The translations under genes and the position numbers were made by a program. A model generated the notes under the pieces. That model saw nothing but the letters and a program-made list of their open reading frames with translations. It made no database searches and had not been told where the DNA came from. A DNA stretch of 64,000 nt from Squalus acanthias (Eukaryota). The stretch covers positions 140,246,001-140,310,000 of the forward strand of contig CM059431.1 of NCBI GenBank assembly GCA_030390025.1, written 5' to 3'. Each line of letters opens with the position of its first letter. Position 1 is the first letter of the stretch. This document shows, one piece after another, positions 51,901 through 62,865 of the stretch.

Positions 51901-54900
51901 CAACATGGAGGAGCACTGATTCATCGGCTGAGGGAGGGTGGTAGGCGGTAATCAGCAGGAGGTTTCCTTGCCCACGTTTGACCTGAAGCCATGAGACTTC
52001 AATGTTGAGGACTCTCGGGGTCACTCTCCAGTGGGACAGGACACACCCAGGGATGCTGATGGAGGAGTCTTGAGGGATCTTGATGAATAAATATGATTTT
52101 GTAAGTATAACTGCGTCACACATTTACTTGACTAATGTGTGGTCCACCTCTCCCCACTTTGGTACTAGCCCCAGATGTTAGTGAGTTCTGGTCCGGGTGT
52201 TCCTTCGTTGTGGCTGAATCTGATGCTGATGCTGAGTGCGCAGCGGGGTTTATTCTTCTATACCCTTCTTTATAGCGGCTTGCTAGGCCATTTCAGAGGC
52301 CACCATATTGGTAAAGGACTAGAGTCACACATGGACCAGACCGAAAGGTCATCAGGTTTTACCACAGTCTTTTTTTTACTGATAACAGCTTTTTATTTCC
52401 AAATGTTGCCGATACAGATTCGCAAAACGCCATAGTGAGATTTGAACTCTTGTCTCTGGATTACTGGTCCAGTAACATAACCAGCACACTGCCGCACTTG
52501 ACCTCCATTGTCTGATTGTGCCTCTGTGAAGGGATTTTTGACATTTTTCTACGTTAAAGGCGCTATATAAATGTAAGCTTTGATGATGAATGTCCTGACT
52601 ACACGAGCCCCATTGCTGGATATGTTCTCCCAGTTACCGAGGGTTCATACTGGCAGCGGGTGTGCAAAATAATGCATGTCAGACATTTCAATTACTGAGG
52701 GGAAAAGTGATTGGACTTTTCAACGTTCTTATTATTGGTCGATTCTCTTGACCGATAAATCACCAGCGGTTGTTTCAATTAGTCGGTGTAATTTCTCACA
52801 GTTTTCCCTCACTTAAGAATCATCCCTTAACTGCCATTTCAGTTCAGATTCGCTGCTGTGTTTACTTCTCATTAAATCAAAGTGTGACAGCAGGAAGTAA
52901 GTGTGAGAAACAAGTGTATCATATTGTCTATCAGGAATCTGATGTCATGTTGGACACTGAAGGACAGAGAAAACTAATTTCATTAAAACTACTGCAGATT
53001 GTCAGTGATTCCTCACTCTCCTAGACATTATTTCTGATTTTCTATTTTAGTTTCATCTGATTTATTTCCCGTTAATGAGTGAATCAAGATGTTTACAGAA
53101 TATTCCGCCCTTGTTCAGAATGGATCAGTACCCGGCCCAGTGACTGCTTTCTGTGCTCAAAACAACTGGGAGATCCCATCACTGAGCAGATCCTTTCCTT
53201 CTCATTCTCGGTGCTTGTCTTTCACTCCACTCCTCAATATATTCATAATTATTCTTTACAGAAAGTCACTGACCTCGTGGAGAAGGGAAACCGGGCGGAC
53301 AGTTCCAAACTTCTCCTAAATCTGGTGATGGAGAAAGGCTCTCGGGCTCGTAGGGTGATGTGGGAATCCTTTGTGAAAATGCGCCAAGAGGATCCAAAGC
53401 TGGACAAAATACTGAGAGAAATACAGGAACTTGGTACGGTAAAATCAAACACTGAATACAAATTCAGATTTTATTATAATATTACACAGATCAGATTTCA
53501 TGAAAGCTAATTGATTTAAACAGGTTCTGATCCATTTGATTACATGAACATCGCACGAGGTTTATCCGAAGTACCCAGGCACCTGCAAGGTAAGTGAGGA
53601 CATGGAGATTTCAAACCGTTTATTTCACTCCTGAGAATCAGAATGTTTAACTGTAGCCGTTTGTTTAGAGATTGTCAAAATCTGGGAATCAAAATTTCAA
53701 AGGCTGGGGAAACAGAATTAAAGTTTATTTGGATTTGTCAATTTTCAAATATTCTGCATAAATTGCAGTTAATATTTGCTCAGATTTCTGAATTATTTGT
53801 AAATTTGTAAGTTTTTTATTGCTCCAATCAATCCAGGTGCAGATCGCTATCAGTGCTGAAACCCCATACACACCTGGCAGGATCCTGATACACTGAAACC
53901 CCATACACACCTGGCAGGATCCTGATACTTTGTCAAACCCCATAAACACCTGGCAGGATCCTGATCCACTGTGAAACCCCATACACACCTGGCAGGATCT
54001 TGATACACTGTGAAACCCCGTACACACCTGGCAGGATTCTGATACACTGTGAAACCGCATACACACCTGACAGGATCCCGATACACTGTGAAACCCCATG
54101 CACACCTGGCAGGATCCTGATACTTTGTCAAACCCCATACACACCTGGCAGGATCCTGATACACTGTGAAACCTCATACACACCTGGCAGGATCCTGATA
54201 CTGTGAAACCCCATACACACCTGGCAGGATCTTGATACACTGTGACTCCCCATACACACCTGGCCGGATCCTGATACGCTGTGAAACCCCATACACAACT
54301 GGCAGGATCCTGATACATTGTGAAACCCCATACACACCTGGCAGGATCCTGATACACTGTGAAACCCCATACACACCTGGAAGGATCCTGATACACTGTG
54401 AAGCCTCATACAAACCTGGCAGGATCCTGCTACACCGTGAAACCCCATACACACCTGGCAGGATCCTGATACTTTGTCAAACCCCAGACACACCTGGCAG
54501 GATCCTGATACACTGTGAATTCCCATACACACCTGGCAGGATCCTGATACACTGTGAAACCCCATACACACCTGGCAGGATCCTGATACACTGTGAATTC
54601 CCATACACACCTGGCAGGATCCTGATACACTGTGAAACCCCATACACACCTGGCAGGATCCTGATACACTGTGAAACCCCATACACACCTGGCAGGATTT
54701 TTTTTTTCAGTCCTGGGATGTGAGCGTCGCTGCAAGGCCAACATTTATTGCCCATCCCTAATTGCCTTTGAGAAGGTGGTGGTGAGCAGCTTTCTTGAAC
54801 CGCAGCAGTCCGTGTGGTGAAGGTACTCTCATAGTGCTGTTTGGTAGGGAGTTCCAGGATTTTGACCCAGCGACGATGAAGGAACGGCGATATATTTCCA

Positions 54901-57900
54901 GTTCCGTTGTCGTGTCAGAAGCCGAGGTCAATGCCGGATTATCTGTCCAGTTTTATTCTGAAGTCTCTTCTTCCAAACAATACAAAACCAATCCAATGCC
55001 CGCACCCTTTCCTCTGCCTTAATTCCTGACACACGTGATCATCTTATTCTTCTGTGTTTTCCTCATTGCAGTAACATTCTTGCTGTGATTAGCTGATTAG
55101 ATGTGCAGATAATGCATGCCTGTGACCTGACACACTATCGGTAGAATTTCTGTACATTCACAGTCTGTCCCTCTCCGAGTGCCCACACTACCTCAGATAA
55201 CCTTCCCAATGTCTGACACACTAACGGAGGAACTTCTGTACATTCACAGTCTGTCCCTCTCCCAGTGCCCAGACTAACTCAGAAAACATGCTCAAGGCCA
55301 GAAAACATGCTCAAGGCCTGATAAAAGTAACAGTGGATCTTCTGCACATTGTCCCTCTCGGTGAGCAACCAATCCCGTTTCCGACGGATTCAAAGATTGA
55401 TCCACTAGAACCTCTACTGTCGTATAACCAGGATCATGTGTGTATTTATAATGAGATGACTATAGCACAGGGCAGGCTGGATAGTATTAACCATCAGAGG
55501 GAAAATATCACCTTCATAGAATTCTCCGTGTTCAGTGAATATTAGAATCAAGTGAGGATTGGAAACTTTTCTCGGCCATTGTTCACTTTCAAGCGAGGTT
55601 TCCATTAAATGAGTTTTAATTTCTACACACACCTTTATTGAAACTGAATTAATCCTTTCAATATTTTACTGAATACTAAAGTGGTATTGAGAAGTTTTTA
55701 TGTCAATGCAACTAATGTTGACATCCATTTTCTGTCTGTTCTAATTGAAGATCTTCAACAGAAACACAAGGAAACACTCCGGGTACAAACTGAAACACTG
55801 AGAGTGAACACTATCCTAATACAGGAGAAGGTTAAGGTTTTCCAGCTGGTTGATCGATACGCTGAGCTAACGGTCATTTCTACTGTTCGAGATCGGACAC
55901 TTGCAGAACATGAACTGCTGGCAAGAGGCCGAGACCATGAAGAGTGGAGAGAGAAACATCTCTGGACAGAATTGGAGAAAATCCGAACTGATCAATTGTT
56001 GCAGAGCAGTTTTTCCCGGAGAAAATCCAATTCTGGGAGTTCAGCAGCAGTGAGTGGAGTCGCGGGGATTGGAAAAACAACAATGGTACAAAAGATTGTT
56101 TATGACTGGGCCACTGGGAAAATATACCCACACTTTCAATTTGTTTTCAGTTTTAAATTCCGAGATTTGAACGCAATTAACTGTAGAATTAATCTGAGGA
56201 ATCTGATACTGGATCAGTATCCTTACTTTTGGAATATTCTGGGAGAGCTCTGGAAGAACCCAGAGGGATTGCTGTTTATATTCGATGGTTTGGATGAATT
56301 CAAGGACCGCATCGATTTTGCTGACAATCGGAGAAATACAGAACCTCAGTTCATGTGCACAGATCCCGAATGCTGGTGTGATGTGTCTGACATTGTGTAC
56401 AGTTTAATACAGCACACGCTGCTCCCAGGATGTTCAGTGCTAGTGACCAGCCGCCCCACTGCATTACATTTATTGGAAAAGGCTGAGATCAGTGTCTGGG
56501 CTGAAATCCTGGGATTTGTTGGTGAAGAACGGAAGGAATATTTCAACAAGTTTTTTGAAGATCAGACGGTGACAGCAGCTGTTTTCAAACATGTGGAGGA
56601 GAACGAGATCCTGTTCACCATGTGCTACAACCCTTCCTACTGCTGGATCCTCGGTCTGTCAGTGGGCCCCTTCTTTACACAAAGAGACATGAATCAGCAG
56701 CGAGTTCCCAAGACCATCACCCAACTATATTCCTACTATATTTACAACATTCTGAGAAACCATGGCCGAGCGATTGAAAGCCCCCGTGATGTGTTACTGA
56801 AGATCGGTGAGATGGCCTTCACAGGAGTCTCCGAGAAGAAGATTGTGTTTAGAAATGGAGATTTGATCAAGTACAATCTGCAACCTTCCCAGTTCCTGTC
56901 TGGGTTCATGATGGAACTTTTGGAGAGTGATGATTCTGCCCAGAGCGTGGTGTACACATTCCCACACCTCACCATCCAAGAGTTTGTAGCCGCACTCGCT
57001 CAACTCCTGACTCCAGATCTCGGGGACATCCGGAAACTCCTCAGAGAATCCCACAGCAAGGAAGATGGGCGATTTGAGATATTTCTCCGTTTTGTTGCTG
57101 GTCTCTCCTCCCCACAGGCAGCTCAGCCCCTGGAGGAGTTCCTGGGTCCATTTCTTCATCAAACCACCTGCCGAGTGATTGACTGGGTGAAGGAGAAGGT
57201 TGATGGACAGATTGAGAACAAAGAGAGAGAAACTGGTCAAAGGGACCTCCTGAACACATTGCACTACCTGTTTGAGTCTCAGAATTACACACTGGCTCGG
57301 GACACAGTGGGATCTGCGGAAACACTTATATTTCGTGGATTGGTACTGACTTCGAGTGACTGTGCGGTCATGTCTCATATCCTTGGACTCTGTGATACAA
57401 TAAAACACCTTGATCTGGTGCACTGCCACTTTCAGTGTGAAGGACTCCAGCGGCTGGGACCAATACTACACAAATGCCGGGTGTTGAGGTAACTGTTTAT
57501 TTGTCTCCAACTGTTGGACGAATTGTAGAACAGTCACGGATTGTGTTGTTGCTCCGTAATGGAGGGAAACAAACAGTTCAGTTAAACCAGAGAGAAGCAG
57601 ATTCAACACAAATATGACCAATAATAAGAGGATCGGTTAGTAATTCCCTATGGACTGGAAAATCTAAAATGGATCCTTGTGAACAAGTATGAATTTTAGT
57701 CTTTGTCGGATCAGCAAATACATGTCAGAGTCTGACTTAATTACAATAAATCATATTTATTGTTCTCTCACTGTCTAAGATACATTAATTGAAGAGGCTC
57801 CTTCTCACTGTTACAGGCATGTAGGCCGACACTAACTACAGCAGTCCGTGGAGCATCCCACCCTATTCCCGAGGTGTAGGGCCAGTGACCGTCATCGGAC

Positions 57901-60900
57901 TGTCAGCGTGTGTCGGAGAGAGGAGCAGAAACACCAAACATGCAGTAACAAAGAGCGAATCACAGCTTTCAGGCAGCGAACCGCCAGTGGGCGAGCTGAG
58001 CTTTCCCCACCGGGCGTCAGTATGTTATCTTAACTCATCAATGACACCGCCCTTAAAACTCTCCAATACATCCACCATCTCTTCGCCCTGCTGGCAATAC
58101 TCGCGCCTCTGAGACAGAAGGTGGTGGGGAGTTGGACAGAGTAAGATTCATTGTCAGTGACAGGAAAGGCTGGTTATTAATTTCCTGAAGTTTTTTCAGT
58201 GTTTCCTTTAATATCAGAGAGAGAGAAATTGTATCAGATCCGGGGTTTGATTCAGTTTGTTTTTCACTCTGGCTGTTTGTTTAGACTGGGGAGCGCTGAA
58301 CTGGGAGATTCAGGAGTGAAACTACTGTCTGCGTCTCTGAGGAACCTGGACTGTAAAATACAGGAACTGCGGTAAGTACCAGACTGTGTGAGATTGTGTT
58401 GATACTAATAATAATGTTCAGTGTTAGTTATTATCAGTAGTAGTGTTTTTATTAAAGGTACGGGATTTACTCTGATTCCGGTTAGTTCTCTCTTTGATCC
58501 CTAGTCTGGATAATAACGGTCTCACAGATTCTTGTGCCGAGGATCTCATTTCCGCTCTCAGTACAAACAAGTCCCTGACGGTTCTGAGTCTGGGTAATAA
58601 TAATCTGGGAGATTCAGGAGTGAAACTACTGTCTGCGGCTCTGAGGAACCCAGACTGTAAAATTCAGGAACTGCAGTAAGTACCAGACTGTGTGAGATTG
58701 TGTTTATAATAACTGGATGTCTGACACTGTAGATTATTACTATCAATATTGATATTAACAAACACTGGGGATTTGCCCTGATTCTTGTTATTTCTCTCTG
58801 ATCCCCAGCCTACGGGTTGTTGGCCTCACAGCTTCTTGTGCCGAGGATCTTGTCTCCGTTCTCAGTACAAACTGGTCCCTGAAGGCTCTGAACCTGAGTG
58901 GAAATGAACTGGGAGATTCAGGAGTGAAACTACTGTCTGCGGCTCTGAGGAACCCAGACTGTAAAATACAGGAACTGGAGTAAGTGTCAACTGTGAGATT
59001 GTGTTTATAATAATTGGATGTCTGACACTGAACATTATTATTAGTATCAGTAATAGTGTTATTAATAAACACTGGGGATTTACCCGGATTCATGTTATTT
59101 CTCTCTGATCCCCAGTCTGTGGGGTGTCGGTCTCTCAGATTCTTGTGCTGAGGATCTCTCCTCTACTCTCAGTACAAACCGGTCACTGACGGTTCTGGAC
59201 CTGAGTTATAATAAACTGGGAGATTCAGGAGTGAAACTACTGTCTGCGGCTCTGAGGAACCCGATCTGTAAAATACAGGAACTACGGTAAATACCAGACT
59301 CTGAGATTGTGTTTATAGTATCTGGATGTCTAACACTACATTATTATTATCAGTAACAGTGCTGTTACTAAACATTGGGAATTTACTCTGATTCCTGTTA
59401 TTCTCTCTCTCATTCCCAGGTTGGATGCTGTCGGTCTCACAGGTTCTTGTGCCGAGGATCTCGTCTCCGCTCTCAGTACAAACCAGTCACTGACGGTTCT
59501 GGACCTGGGTAATAATAAACTGGGCGACTCAGGAGTGAAACTACTGTCTGCGGCTCTGAGGAACCCGGACTGTAAAATACAGAAACTGGGGTAAGTACCA
59601 GACTGTGTGAGATTGTGTTTATAACTGGATGTCTAACAGTATCAGTAATAGTGTTATGAATGTACAGTGTTGATTAATAACATAACAAACATAAGGAGCA
59701 GGAGTAGGCCATACGGCTCCTCAAGCCTGCTCCGCCATTAAAGAAGATCTTGGCTGATTTTCGATCTCAACTCCACTTTCCCGCCCGATCCCCTTGTCCC
59801 TTGATTCCCTGAGAGCCCAAAAATCTGTCTATCTCTGTCTTGAATATATTCAACAACTGAGTATCCACAGCCCTTTAGGGTAGAGAATTCCAAAGATTAA
59901 CAACCCTCCGAGTGAAGAAATTTCTCCTAATCTCAGTCTTAAATGGCCGACTCCTTATCCTGAGACTATGCCCCCTAGTTTAGGCTCTCCATCCAGGGGA
60001 AACAACCTCTCGGCACCTACCCAGTCAATCCCCCTCGGTATCTTGTATGTTTCACTGAGATCACCTCTCATTTTTCTAAACTCTAGAGACCATAGGCCCA
60101 ATTGACTCTATCTCTCCTCATAGGACATCCCTCTCATCTCAGGAATCAATCTAGTAAACCTTCGTTGCACCGCCTCTAAGGCAAGTATATCCTTCCTCGC
60201 ATAAGGATTAACTGTAATAACACTATTACTAATAATGTATAGTGTTTATCATCATTAAATGTCATTAGGAAACACTGTACATTGGTATTAGTATCAGGAA
60301 GTTTTATTAATAAACACTGGGGATTTACCCTGATTCCTGTTATTTATTTCTGATCCCAGGCTCTGGAATAACGGTCTCACGGATTCTTGTACCGGTGATC
60401 TTGCCTCCGCTCTCGGTACAAACCGCTCACTGACGGATCTGAACCTGGGTAATAATAAACTGGGAGATTCAGGAGTGAAACTACTGTCTGCGGCTCTGAG
60501 GAACCCGGACTGTAAAATACAGAAACTGGGGTAAGTACCAGATTGTGAGATTGTGTTTATAATAACTGGATGTCTGACACTGTACATTATTCGTATCAGT
60601 GATATTATGAATAAACACTAGATTATTAACAGTATTACTGACACTCAATAATGTACAGTGTCTATTAATAACAATGTTACTGATAATAAACACTGGGGCC
60701 TAGAAGTTGGTCTGGGGCGGTGGTGAAAGCCGGGCAGTACCGGATCGGCCGCCCGTTATACGCAGAGCCTGATGGTCAGTTCCATTGACTGCAATAAAAC
60801 TGAATATCAGGCGCTGCGTATAACGGGCGGCCGAGCCGATACCGCCCGGCTATCACCACCGCCCCAGACTAATTTCTAGCCCTAGGGACTTACTCTGATT

Positions 60901-61391
60901 CCTGTTCTTTCTCTCTCTGATCCCCAGTCTATGGAATGTTGGTCTCGCAGATTCTTGTGCCGAGGATCTCGCCTCCGCTCTCAGTACAAACCGGTCACTG
61001 ACGGTTCTGTCCCTGGGATCAAACTCCTTCACAGACCGATCTGTCCCTGCTCTCCGCCGCCTCATACTGACCTGCAGGAGTTTGGGAGAGATCCGGTGAG
61101 TGTTCATATAATCAGAGACATTTACAGCGCAGAAGGATGCCATTCAGCCTGTGGAATAAATAAAATATTAATGGGATTCAGTCACTTTTATGGGTAATAT
61201 TTGGCTGTAATTATTAATGAAATATTAACTCGTCTCCCTGTTATTTACACTGATGTTCAATCTGTTTATTTCCTGTTGAATCTTTCAGGCTTTGGGGGAA
61301 TCCGTTCAGTTCAACCAGAGAGAATCAGCTGAAGTTGCTGCAGGATACAAGACCCGGACTGAAAGTGGAGTTTGATTATTACAATTTATAA
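45880..61391 (+). CDS. NLR-family receptor (CARD-like + FISNA-like + NACHT + LRR; NLRP3/NLRC3-like), 13 coding exons, predicted 1139 aa
   Basis: Join 45880-45943, 48895-49061, 53262-53433, 53524-53589, 55751-57488, 58285-58371, 58505-58675, 58809-58979, 59116-59286, 59420-59590, 60360-60530, 60928-61095, 61289-61391. All introns are GT-AG and phases are compatible. Total 3420 nt with no internal stop, Kozak gccATGG start, TAA stop. Confidence 0.9.
46050..47560 (+). mobile_element. Old CR1 ORF1 relic containing a nested CR1 3' copy (46336-47200)
   Basis: [12 protein letters not shown] before the insertion, cgaatggtaagatgcctccctgg after it; nested RT C-terminus, UTR and tail. Confidence 0.75.
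47988..48170 (-). mobile_element. L2-like 3' end
   Basis: Same tail as 22272 (tgcatttatatagtgcctttaacgtag...cccaaggtgcttcacagg). Confidence 0.7.
48895..49061 (+). CDS. NLR coding exon 2, first half of CARD-like death-fold domain
   Basis: tgtgttcacag|ATCCG...CATCGG|gtaagt; [10 protein letters not shown]...[36 protein letters not shown]. Confidence 0.85.
49976..50100. mobile_element. Penelope-associated-type palindromic repeat with degenerate hammerhead-like core
   Basis: aaatactgcggatgctgga..ctcagcaggtcagg..gcatc..tggagagagaaacaga.ttaacgtttc, then ctgacga-ggtc/gacc stem-ttaaac. Confidence 0.55.
51108..51263. mobile_element. hAT-like MITE, 156 bp
   Basis: TIR cagtgttccctgt / acagggaacatag; 8-bp TSD gttattac / ggtatgac (6/8 match). 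Confidence 0.75.
52270..52495 (-). mobile_element. tRNA-derived SINE relic
   Basis: Minus-strand head ggcagtgtgctggttatgttactggaccagtaatccagagacaagagttcaaatc (A/B-box-like). Confidence 0.55.
53262..53433 (+). CDS. NLR coding exon 3, second half of CARD-like domain
   Basis: ttctttacag|AAAGTC...CTTG|gtacgg; [40 protein letters not shown]...[11 protein letters not shown]. Confidence 0.85.
53524..53589 (+). CDS. NLR coding exon 4, linker
   Basis: tttaaacag|GTTCTG...CAAG|gtaagt, 66 nt, phase 1-1, open ([21 protein letters not shown]). Confidence 0.75.
53852..54698. repeat. 39-bp minisatellite (gatacactgtgaaaccccatacacacctggcaggatcct)n in an NLR intron
   Basis: ~22 tandem copies; produces 13-aa periodic pseudo-ORFs. 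Confidence 0.95.
55751..57488 (+). CDS. NLR coding exon 5: FISNA-like + NACHT NTPase + helical domains + first LRR
   Basis: Within the 603-aa ORF. Walker [10 protein letters not shown], Walker [11 protein letters not shown], sensor VLVTSRP, winged-helix [22 protein letters not shown]. Acceptor attgaag, donor AG|gtaact. Confidence 0.95.
58285..58371 (+). CDS. NLR LRR exon (87 nt)
   Basis: tgtttag|ACTGGGG...CTGCG|gtaagt; [28 protein letters not shown]. Confidence 0.88.
58505..58675 (+). CDS. NLR LRR exon (171 nt, two RI-type LRRs)
   Basis: phase 2-2; [56 protein letters not shown]. Confidence 0.9.
58809..58979 (+). CDS. NLR LRR exon (171 nt)
   Basis: atccccag acceptor, gtaagt donor; [42 protein letters not shown]... 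Confidence 0.9.
59116..59286 (+). CDS. NLR LRR exon (171 nt)
   Basis: atccccag acceptor, gtaaat donor; [42 protein letters not shown]... Confidence 0.9.
59420..59590 (+). CDS. NLR LRR exon (171 nt)
   Basis: attcccag acceptor, gtaagt donor; [42 protein letters not shown]... Confidence 0.9.
59680..60205 (-). mobile_element. CR1 3' fragment inserted in an LRR intron
   Basis: acataacaaacataaggagcaggagtaggcc tail and RT C-terminus; absent from the sibling introns. Confidence 0.88.
60360..60530 (+). CDS. NLR LRR exon (171 nt)
   Basis: gatcccag acceptor, gtaagt donor; [42 protein letters not shown]... Confidence 0.9.
60697..60882. mobile_element. Fully palindromic MITE (PIF/Harbinger-like), 186 bp, 3-bp TSD
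   Basis: Long inverted arms ggcctagaagttggtctggggcggtggtga... / ...tcaccaccgccccagactaatttctagccc; TSD tgg/tag. Confidence 0.8.
60928..61095 (+). CDS. NLR penultimate LRR exon (168 nt)
   Basis: atccccag acceptor, gtgagt donor; [55 protein letters not shown]. Confidence 0.9.
61289..61391 (+). CDS. NLR terminal coding exon
   Basis: aatctttcag acceptor; [33 protein letters not shown]. Confidence 0.85.
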
Positions 61392-62437
61392 ACATTACTG
61401 CTCCATATGACAATTTTTGGCCGATTTTCTGCCCCACCCCTTTAAGCGGCCGCGCTCCGGGTTTAAATCCTATCGGCCCCTTTAAGGGTTTCCAGCTCGA
61501 GTTGAGCGAGCGTCATCTCCCATTGTGAGGTCAGAGGCCCAGCCACAGGGTCACGTGACTCAGCCGCCCGGCCCCACAGCGCTGCTTCTGCAGGATATCC
61601 GGGGCTGAATGTTCCCCAATGGGGCACTGGGGAAATGCACAGACAGGAAGGGCCCAGGGTGGGGCTCAGTCTGGGCTGAAGTGGGACGCTGACAATTGCA
61701 CTCAGTATTCCTGGGTTTTGGGTAACATTACCCGAGTTACCGCTCAGTATCAATGCGCAGTGGCCCTGCTGGGAAGTGAACCAGAGTGGGTTCAGGATAG
61801 GGAATGGGTCTGTTCAGCTGGGATGAATTCCACCATCTAATAGGAACCAATACCCACTCTCTGGGGTGACCCAGGGTGAGCATCCTATTGGGGAGGTTCC
61901 TGAGCATATTGCACCTGTGAAATCTGACTTATATTTTAAAATGTTTTCTGCCTTCCCAAAATAAGGAAACATTTGCTGAAACGATGTATTTAGTGCAGAA
62001 TCTGTTCCATTGCTATTCCTGGTATTTTCACACTGACGGGTGAATTTCTAAACAGCTGTATCTACACACGGGGACTGGAAGAGTGTCAAATAAAGAACAG
62101 GAAGTGGCAAATTTACCCACCCACTCAAAGAGTAACCAGTTGTGAAAGTTCAGTGAGCCAGTGGAAACTCGACTGCAGTAAATGCACAGGACCCACATAG
62201 GCCCCCGCAGTCTGAATCACTCTGGGCCTAAAAACCAGACCGTGGTCTAAATACAGAGCAGGATCGTCCGCATTTAGGTGGAGAGAGGAGAGGTTGACAT
62301 TTTGGGTCATGTTGCTTGTGATGTAACTCTTTTGTAACTATTTTCCAGATAGTGATTGACCTGCTGTACATTATTCACGGTTTTATTTTACATTCACACC
62401 AGATGCAGTCTGTTTCCTTCTCTCCTCACTCTGGTAT

Positions 62438-62443
62438 AATAAA
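62438..62443 (+). terminator. candidate polyadenylation signal of the NLR gene
   Basis: AATAAA ~1 kb after the stop, followed by T/GT-rich sequence; another AATAAA near 62089. Confidence 0.4.
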
Positions 62444-62865
62444 TAGCGAAGTTTCACTGTATTTATCAGATGTCAAAAATCACGGGATGGGAACTAATAA
62501 TCCATTGTAATCAGCAATGACCAGGTTGGAACAACAAGCACACACAAGCATAATGATTCGGAGTTCTATATCACCTGAGCCACAGACTGACAGAGCGAGG
62601 GGCTGAGGGACCTGACCCTGTGGTTTAATGTAAATATCAAAAGTCAAAAATGTCATTTATCTTACAGTAATTAGGAAATACTACATATATAGTAGGTAGA
62701 AAAATACTTGCATTTTATAACACAATTCATGTACTTTTGAGTTGCAGTCAAATGTAATGTAGACAATCCCACCAACCAATTAATGCTCATAACCACAAAT
62801 TGCAATGAGAGAAATGGCTGTTTAATGGAGTAGATTTTAACCATCAGGTTAGAACACTATAGTGG

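Larger units (their letters stand above)
49475..52190 (-). mobile_element. Second LINE family (CR1/L2-group RT), decayed, with nested insertions; same 3' end also at 54708-54900
   Basis: [50 protein letters not shown]. Confidence 0.8.

Noticed and set aside
53725..54755. Cys-rich periodic ORFs resembling zinc-finger or keratin-associated proteins
   Set aside because: Translation of a 39-bp minisatellite on both strands within an intron
55681..55750. N-terminal extension of the 603-aa ORF (MVLRSFY...)
   Set aside because: Intron sequence upstream of the acceptor at 55750; begins at GTG
56794..57429. 211-aa antisense ORF over NACHT
   Set aside because: Shadow ORF of the coding strand with no recognisable motifs
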